From positions 128,001-192,000 of the forward strand of contig CAWDLW010000012.1 in assembly GCA_963803145.1 (NCBI GenBank): DNA of 64,000 bases, in the 5' to 3' direction. Numbering within the stretch: position 1 is the stretch's first letter; each line of letters begins with the position of its first letter. The position numbers and the translations under genes were made by a program. Positions 31,191-41,401 of this stretch are shown here, in pieces. The stretch is from Methanotrichaceae archaeon (GTDB lineage Archaea > Halobacteriota > Methanosarcinia > Methanotrichales > Methanotrichaceae). Under the pieces are notes generated by a model. The model had not been told where the DNA came from and did no database searches. It worked only from the letters and a program-made list of their open reading frames with translations.

Positions 31191-31580
31191 ATGCCGGATA
31201 TAGCTGTTATCTCAGGATCCAAATCAGATCAGGAGATTGTAGATAAAATACTGCGTAGGCTTGAGGAAAAGGGCGCGAGCTACGAGCATAAAATACTATC
31301 AGCTCACAGGAATCCTAAGGAGCTGGAGCAGTATATAACCGAGTGCAATGCTAGAGTCTTCATCGGCGTGGCCGGCCTATCTGCAGCACTTCCTGGCTAT
31401 ATCGCCTCAAGAACAACGCGTCCTGTCATCGGCGTGCCGGTGAGCGCCAAGTTGGGAGGGCTCGATGCACTTCTATCAATAGTCCAGATGCCGCCGGGTG
31501 TGCCTGTTGCCTGCGTGGGGATCGATTCGGGAGAAAATGCGGCTCTTTTCGCGCTACGAATACTGGAGGCCGGTAGATAG
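31191..31580 (+). CDS. purE: AIR carboxylase/mutase PurE
   Basis: [28 protein letters not shown]. Confidence 0.95.
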   Translation: MPDIAVISGSKSDQEIVDKILRRLEEKGASYEHKILSAHRNPKELEQYITECNARVFIGVAGLSAALPGYIASRTTRPVIGVPVSAKLGGLDALLSIVQMPPGVPVACVGIDSGENAALFALRILEAGR

Positions 31581-31645
31581 CTATTGATAGGAAGATAGCT
31601 ATTTATACAATGTCTGTGTGATAGAGCGTCCAAAGGTGGGATAGG

Positions 31646-32077
31646 ATGTACAAGCGGATTTTGATCGCCACTGATGGCTCAGATAAGTCAAAGAAGGCTG
31701 CTCAGGATGCTTTTGAAATGGCTAAGTCCTTGGGCGCATCCGTAATAGCGCTTTACGTAGTAAATGAAGTTGTAATTGCAAGCGCAGTCAGACAGCTTGG
31801 GGCAGATAGAAAAGAGGTTGAGAGCAAGCTCTCTGCCACTGGCGAGAAGGCAGTCGAATCCCTAAAGAAGATGGGCGACGATGCGGGTGTTGCAGTGGAT
31901 ACCATTGTGAGGATCGGCGTTCCTGCCAATGATATCATAGATGTATCCGGAGCGGAGAAGGCTGATCTGATCGTCATGGGAAGCCATGGCGAGTCAGGGG
32001 CATCCAAGCTGTTAATAGGCAGCGTCGTGCAAAAAGTTCTTTACTGGGCAACGATACCAGTACTTGTAGTGAGATGA
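31646..32077 (+). CDS. Universal stress protein
   Basis: YKRILIATDGS, DLIVMGSHG, IGSV. Confidence 0.93.
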   Translation: MYKRILIATDGSDKSKKAAQDAFEMAKSLGASVIALYVVNEVVIASAVRQLGADRKEVESKLSATGEKAVESLKKMGDDAGVAVDTIVRIGVPANDIIDVSGAEKADLIVMGSHGESGASKLLIGSVVQKVLYWATIPVLVVR

Positions 32078-32081
32078 TTCT

Positions 32082-32195
32082 ATGAGTGAGGCATTCCTAA
32101 TAGCAGATACGCTGGTTTACACTGGGTTTGCAATTGTATTCATAGTGGGCGTACTTCTGGCATACTTCGTGATCAGCCTAATCGGCGCAAGCTGA
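32082..32195 (+). CDS. Small 37-aa single-pass membrane peptide
   Basis: Not in ORF track; starts 4 nt after the usp stop; MSEAFLIADTLVYTGFAIVFIVGVLLAYFVISLIGAS*. Confidence 0.55.
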   Translation: MSEAFLIADTLVYTGFAIVFIVGVLLAYFVISLIGAS

Positions 32196-32359
32196 GACGG
32201 CTTTAAAAGAGAGCAGCCAGATTGGTTGCAGCTCTTTTATATTTATAGATTCTCTTAGTACTGGTTATATATCTTTTTTAATATTATTTGTATATCCATG
32301 ATTACATTTATGGGGTCTTGATTCGGAAGATGAATTGAATAGGTACCAATGCTGATAGT

Positions 32360-33371
32360 TTAGGGCAGTGTTAAGAGAAATTTTCCTTCCTTCATAATAA
32401 CCTCCTCCTCAACAGTAATTGTAGGATTCCTTACAAGCAAATCGGTATGATATCTGCTACTCGTCTTCCCCAAACCATACGAGTCTCCAAACGCAAAATG
32501 GACAGTGCCTTCTGCCTTTTCATCCATAAGCATATCTCCGATAATTCGGGCGCTAGGATTGAGGCCTATCCCGAACTCCCCCAAGGTTCTTGTCGCAGGA
32601 GCATCGTATTCACATACCTTAGAGAATTGCTGGAAGATTTCATCTTCAACTTCGACGGGCTCCATTCCAGTGATATAGCCATCCTTCACGTGAATGATGA
32701 AGGGATTTGCTACCAGTCCAATTCCGCCTATGCTGCCATCGATTACGATCTTCCCTTCAACTGTTTCTTCAATTGGCGCTGTGAAGATCTCGCCTGCCGG
32801 AATGTTGCCGAATGATCCTGGCTTAGATAGGTCTCCGTCGTCTATCATTATCTTCCGGCTTCCTATGCTGAAGGATATGTCAGTTCCCAAAAGACTGGTT
32901 ATTCGGATATGGCGTCCTGAGATAGCTCGCAACAACTTCTCTTCTCTTTGCCTTAGCTTATCGTAATCGATAGATACCGCTTCTTTCATGTCATCCGTGA
33001 AGCCGGGCATAATACATACTCGGCCTTTTATACTGCAATGGAATGGAGAGAAGAAAGTGCCTGAAAGCCACTTCATGAGAAAGATCCTTTGTTCTGCTCT
33101 CTGTAGCTATAACGTAGATGACAATATCTGAGGAGACCAGAGCCAAAGCCTGAATATCTGTGATCTTTGTTATCGGCCTAATGCTCTCTGGAATAACAAA
33201 AACAGTGACGTCAGCTCCCGACCGCGCAAGGCACCCTGCCAGCTCGTCTGCAATAGCCAACCGAGATATATCCGTGAATATAGTTGCCTCTTCTCCTGAC
33301 TTGGTTTTTAAGCTATATTCGACAATAGCTCTAGCGTAGTTAATTGGCGGGTTCGTTCCTAAAACCTTCAT
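32360..33371 (-). CDS. Leucyl aminopeptidase, M29 (thermophilic metalloprotease) family; one apparent frameshift at ~33027
   Basis: NIPAGE, GEFGIG, DEKAEGTVHFAFG, HTD; removing one A of an A-run joins ORFs 32991-33371 and 32360-33076 (YKGRVCIMPG). Confidence 0.85.
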
Positions 33372-34426
33372 TATTGTGTTTTGAAGTATTTCGGCGCCGT
33401 CTCCAGAGCCCTTGCCATAAGCTCAGCAGATTTATCGATATCGCTCAGGCTCAAAACTTCGACCGGCGAATGGATGTACCTTGTCGCCACGCTCAGGACA
33501 CCTGTGGGAATTCCCTCTTTGGTCAGGTAAATGGCAGTTGCATCTGTTGTCCCTCCGTCCGATGCCTCAAGCTGGACTTGGATATTGAACTCTTTTGCAG
33601 TATCCACAAGCCAATCCACAATGCTTGGGGTGGCCAGTAATCCTCTTCCAGATGCATCAGCTATTACTATTACAGGGCCCTTTCCCATCTCTATTGGAGC
33701 ATCCTTCTTATCGATTCCAGGATGATCGCCGGGTATGGTCACATCAGTCGCAATGGCCAAATCGGGATTCAGACAATATGTGCAAACTTTTGCTCCCTTA
33801 AGGCCGACCTCCTCCTGGACTGTGGCAACCGCATATATCGTTGATTTGCTCTTAGTTCTCTTTACGGCCTCAATCATTGCCACGATGCCGGCACGATTAT
33901 CGAATGCCTTTCCTGTGACTCTATCGCCTTGCAGAGACGTGAAAGTTCTATCGATTGATATGGGTGTGCCGGGTGCAATTCCCAGGTCTTCAGCCTCCTT
34001 CTGGCTCTGGCATCCGATATCGATGAACATATCCTTGGCCTCAATGAGCTTCTTCCTTTCATCCTCCTTCATAACATGTGGCGGCTTTGAGCCTACGACG
34101 CCGAAAATGGGGCCAGATCTGGTGTGGACAATTACCCTCTGGTTGAGAAGAGTTGGATCATACCATCCGCCAATGTGGATAAAGCGCAGAAAACCTTTCT
34201 CATCAACCTGTTTGACCATTAGGCCGATTTCATCCGCATGTGCAGCAATCATTATTGAGGGTTTTTCACCCTTCTTCGTTGCTATGACATTCCCCAAAGC
34301 ATCTACTCTGACATCATCTACATAAGGTCTGATTTCATCCATCACTATCTTCTGGACATTTCCTTCTCGCCCAGATATGCCGTGGGCGTTGCTAAGTTTC
34401 TCAAGCAAAGATCGTATATCGCTCAT
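33371..34426 (-). CDS. M42 family aminopeptidase (TET-like)
   Basis: AAHADE, KAFDNR, VQEEVG, GGTTD, RYIHSP. Confidence 0.93.
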   Translation of the reverse strand: MSDIRSLLEKLSNAHGISGREGNVQKIVMDEIRPYVDDVRVDALGNVIATKKGEKPSIMIAAHADEIGLMVKQVDEKGFLRFIHIGGWYDPTLLNQRVIVHTRSGPIFGVVGSKPPHVMKEDERKKLIEAKDMFIDIGCQSQKEAEDLGIAPGTPISIDRTFTSLQGDRVTGKAFDNRAGIVAMIEAVKRTKSKSTIYAVATVQEEVGLKGAKVCTYCLNPDLAIATDVTIPGDHPGIDKKDAPIEMGKGPVIVIADASGRGLLATPSIVDWLVDTAKEFNIQVQLEASDGGTTDATAIYLTKEGIPTGVLSVATRYIHSPVEVLSLSDIDKSAELMARALETAPKYFKTQ

Positions 34427-34457
34427 AAAATCACCTCTAAAGTATAAACAAGAGACA

Positions 34458-35987
34458 TCATGCAATTCTAACCCGTGCGCCCTCGTTCCTGGATCTAGTG
34501 GTCAGAACCTCTCCACCTACATCACTCATAGCATCTCGTGCCGCTGCCTCTATATCTCTAACTCGAGAATCGGCAACTGCATATACCGTCGGCCCAAAGG
34601 AGCTAAGGCCTGAGCAGGCTGCACCGGCATTTCTCATATCAGCCATAAGCCCGCGAACGATAGGGTGCTGCAGCATTACCTCAACCTTCTTGAACCCAAG
34701 CTCTTGAACTCTGTTTACGGCTTTGCCGAACTCATCAAGATCCTTTTCAACCAGGGAGGGCGCCATCCTCACGAGGATCTGATAGCAGAGCTCGTGGACA
34801 TCGGACAGCGGAACAGGGCAGTAATCCCTGAATATGTCTATCTCCCTCTGGCCATGAGCGCCCTTGGGCAGGTTCGGTATGGCTAGCATTACCTGCCAAT
34901 CCTCAGGAAACTCGTGGCGCACTATCACTGGAGGCGGGCTCACGCCAATGGAGGCAGATGATGGCCTGAAATCAGTCTTGTCCTTTCCCGGTCCGAATGT
35001 ATGGCCTCCATCGATTATGAATCCGCCCACATCAAAGGCTGCAGTGCCTATGCCGCTTGTCCCGCCGCGATGGATTATCCTTGCAATCTCGCGTGCGTTC
35101 GCATGGCAGTCATAAAGCTCGCAAACAGCCTTTGCTGCTGCGATGCCAAGCTGTGTCCCTCCGCCAAGGCCCACGTGCAGCTTGTATCCGTTCCTGATTG
35201 AGATATGTGCGCCTCCAAGGCCGAAATGCTTCATGACGGCTTGTGCAGCAATTTTAGCGCGCTCTGCACTCTCATTTTCGCCAACGACCGTCAGCTCCCT
35301 GGTTCTCCTGGCCTCTAATACTATGTTCGGCTCGTTCAGAGTGATGCCGATTCCACCATCAACGCGGCCGCAGCTGCCTGTCAGATCCGTCAGAGTCAGG
35401 TGGATCCTCGAAGGCGTCTCTATCACTACCTTTCGCTCATCCAGGAAGCTGTTATAAGGAAACATTTCCTTTATCACAATCAACGGCTCTCCATGTCTGA
35501 AGATCTTGTAGCTCCTTGAAAGCATCGGCTCTTTGGGAAATATATTAAATATTCGGCTCATTTCCCTGTCAGCCTGCAACACTTCCGCGCCTGTTATGTC
35601 GCGTCTGGACTCTATCTGGTGCTTCTTCAGTATGATGCCGATTGGTATGTCTGCTTTTGTGAGGTCGTCCCTGAAGTCATGCTCGAGCCTCTTCATGGGA
35701 GTATGCGAAATTGCATAGATTAGAGCTTCTCCCGTATCCTCCCTATTCAGCTTCACAATCCTGTAATTGATCTCCTCTCCAGGGCTAATCTTCAGCTCAG
35801 CCGCAACAGCATTATCTGCGGGCACAACCTGCTGAACCAATGTTTCAATTCCGATTTTGCTTCCGGTTATGATCTCTAATAGACTGGTAACTGAGCCGTC
35901 CGTTCCCAAAAGCATCTTCTGAACAGGACTAAGCCTGCCTACAAGGCTCTCAAGCTCTGAGATCCTACTTGAAATGGGAAGAGGCAT
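34458..35987 (-). CDS. Fused chorismate pyruvate-lyase (DUF98-like) / beta-ribofuranosylaminobenzene-5'-phosphate synthase
   Basis: N-terminal LLGTDGSVTSLLE..PIG domain; C-terminal PSRIH, HVGLGGGTQ, RGGTSGIG, SSFGPT. Confidence 0.88.
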   Translation of the reverse strand: MPLPISSRISELESLVGRLSPVQKMLLGTDGSVTSLLEIITGSKIGIETLVQQVVPADNAVAAELKISPGEEINYRIVKLNREDTGEALIYAISHTPMKRLEHDFRDDLTKADIPIGIILKKHQIESRRDITGAEVLQADREMSRIFNIFPKEPMLSRSYKIFRHGEPLIVIKEMFPYNSFLDERKVVIETPSRIHLTLTDLTGSCGRVDGGIGITLNEPNIVLEARRTRELTVVGENESAERAKIAAQAVMKHFGLGGAHISIRNGYKLHVGLGGGTQLGIAAAKAVCELYDCHANAREIARIIHRGGTSGIGTAAFDVGGFIIDGGHTFGPGKDKTDFRPSSASIGVSPPPVIVRHEFPEDWQVMLAIPNLPKGAHGQREIDIFRDYCPVPLSDVHELCYQILVRMAPSLVEKDLDEFGKAVNRVQELGFKKVEVMLQHPIVRGLMADMRNAGAACSGLSSFGPTVYAVADSRVRDIEAAARDAMSDVGGEVLTTRSRNEGARVRIA

Positions 35988-36081
35988 AAAAAATAAAGAT
36001 ATTGCCTGGAATAAAGTTTTTCCCTTACCAGAACTTTTGTAGTCCTAAGTATGTCAGTAAATATTACGAGGTATGAGATAG

Positions 36082-37338
36082 GTGACATCCAGAATTTCAG
36101 GATTATATAAGCTTCCTCCGGCTGAAAGGCTCAAATCTGTGGCAGAGCAGGCGGGTCTGAGTCAGGAAGACGTATCCCAGATAGAAAATGGACTGAAACT
36201 TGATCAAGCCAACATGATGGTAGAAAATGTCATAGGCATGTTCCAGGTTCCGCTCGGCATAGCTACTAACTTCCTTATAGACGGCAGGGATGTTTTGGTG
36301 CCAATGGCGACCGAAGAGCCTTCAGTTATCGCCGCAGCAAGCAATGGCGCAAGGATGGCACGTGGCGGCGGAGGATTCATGACCAGCAGCACAGGTCCTA
36401 TAATGCGTGCCCAGATCCAGGCCACTCACATCGCCGATCCTAGTGGCGCAAAGCAGGAGATCCTTCTTCATAAGGATGAGCTCATTAAGCTCGCAAATGA
36501 CAAGGACCCAATGCTTGTAAAGTTCGGTGGTGGTGTCAAGGATATCGAGGTCCACATAATCGAATCCAGAGTTGGGCTAATGGTCGTAACTCATCTTATT
36601 GTTGATTGTAGGGACGCAATGGGCGCAAATGCCGTTAACACTATGGCAGAGGCAATAGCACCTAAAATTGAAGAGATAACCGGCGGACGGGTTTATCTGA
36701 GAATAATCTCAAACCTTGCTGATAAGAGGCTCGCAAGGGCAAAGGCTGTTTTCAAGGCCGAAGGAATTGGCGGGGCAGAGATCGTTGATGCGATTATCCA
36801 GGCGGCAGCTCTCGCTGAGGTCGATCCATACAGGGCAGCAACCCATAATAAAGGTATAATGAATGGAGTTACAGCAGTTGTTATGGCTACCGGTAACGAT
36901 ACCAGAGCAGTTGAATCCGGAGCCCATGCTTACGCTTCAGCCAACGGGCGTTATAAATCTCTTACCAGATTTGAGAAAAATAAGGATGGCGATCTCGTGG
37001 GCACGATTGAGCTTCCCATGGCTGTCGGACTTGTCGGCGGTGCTACACGCACTCATCCTGTAGCTAAATCTGCGGTGAAAATCTTAGGTGTTAAGTCTGC
37101 AGATGATCTCTCAAGGATAATAGCATCTGTCGGCCTTGCCCAGAACTTTGCAGCTCTTCGGGCGCTCGCATCTGAAGGCATCCAGAGAGGCCATATGACA
37201 CTTCATGCAAAGAACATTGCTATCCAAGCAGGTGCCGCTTGCGACCTTATCGAGGTCATAGCAGCAAGGATGGCAGCTGAGCGCCGGGTAAGCGTCGATC
37301 GGGCGCTCGAGCTGATCAAAGAGCTGGAGAAGAAATGA
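36082..37338 (+). CDS. HMG-CoA reductase, class II
   Basis: MVENVIG, PMATEEPSV, DAMGAN, ATHNKG, EGIQRGHM. Confidence 0.93.
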   Translation: MTSRISGLYKLPPAERLKSVAEQAGLSQEDVSQIENGLKLDQANMMVENVIGMFQVPLGIATNFLIDGRDVLVPMATEEPSVIAAASNGARMARGGGGFMTSSTGPIMRAQIQATHIADPSGAKQEILLHKDELIKLANDKDPMLVKFGGGVKDIEVHIIESRVGLMVVTHLIVDCRDAMGANAVNTMAEAIAPKIEEITGGRVYLRIISNLADKRLARAKAVFKAEGIGGAEIVDAIIQAAALAEVDPYRAATHNKGIMNGVTAVVMATGNDTRAVESGAHAYASANGRYKSLTRFEKNKDGDLVGTIELPMAVGLVGGATRTHPVAKSAVKILGVKSADDLSRIIASVGLAQNFAALRALASEGIQRGHMTLHAKNIAIQAGAACDLIEVIAARMAAERRVSVDRALELIKELEKK

Positions 37339-38135
37339 AGATAGGAGTTCTGGGTCCTGAGGGGTCCTACTCAGATAAGGCAGCGCGTCTTTGGCTGCCT
37401 GAGGCCGATCTTGCCTACTACAGCGACTTCGAGGATGTTCTCAAAGCCGTAGAGGCAGGAGATGTAGACGTGGGAATCGTTCCGCTAGAGAACAGCCTTG
37501 AAGGAGCGATCGGACTGACCATGGATCTTCTTCTTCGAATGCCTTTGAGCATCAGGGGAGAGGTTAACCTGCCAATAAGGCACTGCCTTGTAGGCAGAGG
37601 GGAGGGCGAGGTGAAGGTAATAATCTCGCACCCTCAGCCCCTGGCGCAATGCCGACAGTATATCAAACTGCATTATCCTAAGGCTGAGGTCAGGAGCACA
37701 GGCTCCACAAGCCATGCAGCACGTCTCGCCCAGGAGTTCCCAGAAATGGCAGCCATAGCAGGTGCTGGCGCCGCTGAGAGATATAATCTTAAGATCTTGG
37801 CAAAGGATATCCAGGATGGGAGCGAGAACGTTACCCGATTCGCCGTAGTTGGCAAAGAGATGGAGCCTGCGACAGGAAGGGATAAAACTTCCCTTGCAAT
37901 TTATCTTGATCGCGATAGACCCGGTGCGCTTTATTCCATTCTCCAGGAGTTTGCCATAAGGGATATTAACCTAACAAGAATAGAATCACGGCCAAGCAGG
38001 CGCGGCCTTGGAGACTATTACTTTTACATAGATCTAGAGGGGCATATAAGCGACCCTATAATCGAAGAGGCTCTGGCTATAATAAAAGATAAGGCTGCGA
38101 TGATCAGGGTCCTGGGGTCCTACCCCAGGGCATAA
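37335..38135 (+). CDS. pheA: Prephenate dehydratase
   Basis: LGPEGSYS, PLENS, NVTRF, IESRP, LGSYP. Confidence 0.95.
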   Translation: MKIGVLGPEGSYSDKAARLWLPEADLAYYSDFEDVLKAVEAGDVDVGIVPLENSLEGAIGLTMDLLLRMPLSIRGEVNLPIRHCLVGRGEGEVKVIISHPQPLAQCRQYIKLHYPKAEVRSTGSTSHAARLAQEFPEMAAIAGAGAAERYNLKILAKDIQDGSENVTRFAVVGKEMEPATGRDKTSLAIYLDRDRPGALYSILQEFAIRDINLTRIESRPSRRGLGDYYFYIDLEGHISDPIIEEALAIIKDKAAMIRVLGSYPRA

Positions 38136-38140
38136 GTATC

Positions 38141-39031
38141 ATGAATTGGCTTTTCTTCGCCCTGTTGAGCACAGCATCTCTTGCTGTAACTGTCATAATA
38201 GACAAGCTTCTGCTCAATCGCTATGTTCGGAACTCTATAGCCTACCTTATCACATTGATAATAATACAGCAGTTCTTCGCTGCACTGATCCTTATCTTCC
38301 ACGGTGCAAGCTACGATTATCCCACATCCATATACGGAATGCTTGCGGGCACTGCCCAGGCTGCTATGTACGTGGCTTATATCCGTGCGCTGAAAATAGA
38401 AGAGGCATCCAGGGTTACATCTCTCATATTCGTTTATCCTTTGTTCGTCTTCTTGGCAGCGGCAGCACTGCTCGGCGAAACATTGACTGCAAAGGATTAT
38501 GTGGGCGGTCTGATACTAGTTTTAAGCGCTCTGCTGATATCGTATAGGCCATCAGCCACTAGATCCATTGTTTTATCTCCAGCGCTAAAACATATTGTAT
38601 TTTTCTGGTTGTTTTCCACCTTATACGCAATCGGTGTAAAGTATCTTCTTACATTCATGGATGGATGGCATCTTTTCATATGGTCATCCCTGGGGACTCT
38701 GCTGGCGGTCATACCATTAATTGCAGAGCGCGAAATAAGAACAGAGGTCATGGGGTTCTTGAAGATAGGTCGTCTTTTTATCGGCGCTGCAGTTCTTGAG
38801 GAGGTGTTTGATTTTATAGGGAGGATCTCATCGATATTTGCACTTGCCCTCGGTCCTGTCGCCCTCGTATCGGCAGTCGGCGCCCTTCAGCCTGCTATAA
38901 CTTTGATCTTTGTGCTGGCTTTGGGCCTTTTCATGCCTGGGCTGCTTGAAGAGGAGATCGATAGGAGGACTCTGGCCTTAAAGCTCATTGCTGGGATATT
39001 TGTAGTAATAGGGGTTTACCTTGTGTCATGA
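38141..39031 (+). CDS. EamA/DMT family transporter
   Basis: ~10 hydrophobic helices, duplicated EamA-like halves. Confidence 0.85.
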   Translation: MNWLFFALLSTASLAVTVIIDKLLLNRYVRNSIAYLITLIIIQQFFAALILIFHGASYDYPTSIYGMLAGTAQAAMYVAYIRALKIEEASRVTSLIFVYPLFVFLAAAALLGETLTAKDYVGGLILVLSALLISYRPSATRSIVLSPALKHIVFFWLFSTLYAIGVKYLLTFMDGWHLFIWSSLGTLLAVIPLIAEREIRTEVMGFLKIGRLFIGAAVLEEVFDFIGRISSIFALALGPVALVSAVGALQPAITLIFVLALGLFMPGLLEEEIDRRTLALKLIAGIFVVIGVYLVS

Positions 39032-39159
39032 TCCCTCGAATCGTGATCTCTGTCTCTTCAACAGGGAATCTTTCTTATACTAAGCTGGCTTGAAAAAGGG
39101 TTGCCTGGCTATTGGATTTATCTATGATCTATCTATACAGGCTGGAGGGTGCAAACGCT

Positions 39160-41301
39160 ATGGATCCTTTTGAAGGCAAGTTTCCTTATATACCTGAGAG
39201 GATATCGCGCCTCAGCGAGCTGGCATGCAACCTCTGGTGGAGCTGGCATCCGGAAGCGAAGGCTCTGTTCCAGATGCTGAGCGGAAACGGTACCGAATTC
39301 AAGGCCCAGAACCCTGTGAGGCTGCTTCATGATATCGATAGATCTATTCTGGACGATGCCGCTAAAGACTCGCGGTTTTTGAGGCATTATGATGCCGTCA
39401 TTACCAGGTTCGATTCTGAGATGAACGCATATGGAAGCTGGTTCTACTCAAAGATTGCCGACCCCGAAATGAGCCCCATTGCCTACTTTTCGGCTGAATT
39501 TGGACTCCATCATTCGTTACCCTTCTATGCCGGAGGCCTCGGCTTTCTGGCAGGCGATTTTCTTAAGGAATGCAGTGATCTAGGCGTTCCTGCAGTCGGC
39601 GTCGGCTTCATGTATCCTGAAGGCTACCTGCATCAGAGGATCTCATCCGATGGTTGGCAGATGAACGAGAGTGAGACCCTCGACAGGATATATGCCCCTA
39701 TCAGCCATGTGCTGGATAGAGATGGGAGTCCGCTGACCATCAAAGTGCCAACTACTGATCTTTCCGTCTACTTCGAGGTCTGGAAGGCTCAAATAGGCAG
39801 GGTGCCTCTTTACTTGATAGATACCGATATAGAGGGAAATGATCCCTGGAACAGAGGAATATCAGCCAGGCTCTATATAGGGGACCAGGACCAGCGTCTG
39901 GTTCAGGAGATAATCCTGGGAATCGGCGGTACTCAGCTTCTACATGCTCTAGGAATAAAACACTCTATTCTTCACCTCAATGAGGGTCACTCTGCCTTTG
40001 CCATCTTTGAAAGGATCCGGGAGCTGGTGGAGAAGGGCAAGAGCTATAGGGATGCTGCTGAGCAAGTCAGATCCACAACAGTATTCACAACGCATACGCC
40101 TGTGCCTGCAGGACACGATGTCTTTCCTTTCCTTTTAATGGATAAATATTTCAGTTCTTATATACCCATGCTTGAGCTTGATAGAGATTCATTCTTCAAG
40201 CTCGGAGTCGATCCAAAGGACCCGCTTGCAGGATTTAATATGACGGCCTTTGCTCTCAGGATGTCGGCCTACTGTAATGCCGTCAGCAAAAAACACAATG
40301 AGGTTACAAGAGCGATGTGGCAGCATCTCTGGCCAAACTTGCCTGAGGAGAAGCTCCCCATTGGCTATATAACCAACGGGGTCCACGTTCCAACCTGGGT
40401 CGATTCGAGGATCTCAGCCATTTTCAACAAATACCTCGGCCCAACATGGATCGCTGATCACGATAATCCATCTATCTGGCAGCTTGTGGATGATATTCCT
40501 GATTTAGAGCTATGGCAAACCCATAGATTGCTGAAGATGGTGATGATAACAGTCCTACAGGAAAGAGCTAGGCTCAGGTGGATGGAAGACCGAGCAGACC
40601 CTAATATAATCCTGGCATCGGGTATGCTGTTCGATCCAGGAACCCTGACTATCGGCTTTGCCCGCAGATTTGCAAGCTACAAGAGGGCTACTCTTATTAT
40701 GCATGATCTGGAGAGGCTCAAGAGAATACTGAATAATCACAAAAAGCCGGTGCAAATCGTATTTGCTGGAAAAGCACATCCTGCGGATAATTATGGCAAA
40801 CAGCTGATCCAAAGCATCTTCAATATCGCCAAAGAGCCGTCCTTCGGAGGTCGAATAGCCTTTATTGAGGATTACGAAGAGGAGCTTTCCCAGTACCTGG
40901 TTCATGGCGTGGATGTCTGGCTCAATAATCCTCTGCCTCCATTCGAGGCATCAGGCACAAGCGGAATGAAGGCGGCTATCAACGGCGTGCCTCACCTGAG
41001 CATACTCGATGGCTGGTGGCTCGAGGGATATAACGGCAGAAACGGCTGGGCATTTGGCGGCACAAATGGAAACAACTCCGATGCAACAGATGCAGAAGAA
41101 CTTTATTCCATCCTAGAGAAGGATATAATACCTCTTTATTACGATAAAGATGAGCTGGGCATACCACATCCTTGGGTAAAGGTCATGAAAGAATCGATAA
41201 AGAGTGCAGCCCCTTACTTCAGCTCCAGAAGGATGGTAAAGGATTATGCGCTGAAGTTTTATCGAGATGCGCTTAAGTCCGCAGACCGAATAAAGGCATA
41301 A
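39160..41301 (+). CDS. glgP: Alpha-glucan (glycogen/maltodextrin) phosphorylase
   Basis: YFSAEFG, YAGGLG, HLNEGH, EASGTSGMK. Confidence 0.93.
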   Translation: MDPFEGKFPYIPERISRLSELACNLWWSWHPEAKALFQMLSGNGTEFKAQNPVRLLHDIDRSILDDAAKDSRFLRHYDAVITRFDSEMNAYGSWFYSKIADPEMSPIAYFSAEFGLHHSLPFYAGGLGFLAGDFLKECSDLGVPAVGVGFMYPEGYLHQRISSDGWQMNESETLDRIYAPISHVLDRDGSPLTIKVPTTDLSVYFEVWKAQIGRVPLYLIDTDIEGNDPWNRGISARLYIGDQDQRLVQEIILGIGGTQLLHALGIKHSILHLNEGHSAFAIFERIRELVEKGKSYRDAAEQVRSTTVFTTHTPVPAGHDVFPFLLMDKYFSSYIPMLELDRDSFFKLGVDPKDPLAGFNMTAFALRMSAYCNAVSKKHNEVTRAMWQHLWPNLPEEKLPIGYITNGVHVPTWVDSRISAIFNKYLGPTWIADHDNPSIWQLVDDIPDLELWQTHRLLKMVMITVLQERARLRWMEDRADPNIILASGMLFDPGTLTIGFARRFASYKRATLIMHDLERLKRILNNHKKPVQIVFAGKAHPADNYGKQLIQSIFNIAKEPSFGGRIAFIEDYEEELSQYLVHGVDVWLNNPLPPFEASGTSGMKAAINGVPHLSILDGWWLEGYNGRNGWAFGGTNGNNSDATDAEELYSILEKDIIPLYYDKDELGIPHPWVKVMKESIKSAAPYFSSRRMVKDYALKFYRDALKSADRIKA

Positions 41302-41401
41302 GAAAGTCCACGCTAGATACGCGCGTCCCGTCGTGTTTTTGGTGAAGGCGGGAGAGGCCCTGTCTCCCTATCAATATAGCTAGCCCACCAAGCTTAAGTG
41401 C

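Noticed and set aside
33020-33035. Frameshift in the M29 aminopeptidase as programmed frameshifting
   Set aside because: A single extra base in a short A-run with no stimulatory structure; most likely a sequencing error
36082-37338. Class II (bacterial-type) HMG-CoA reductase as a novelty
   Set aside because: Class II enzymes are already known from several archaea, e.g. Archaeoglobus
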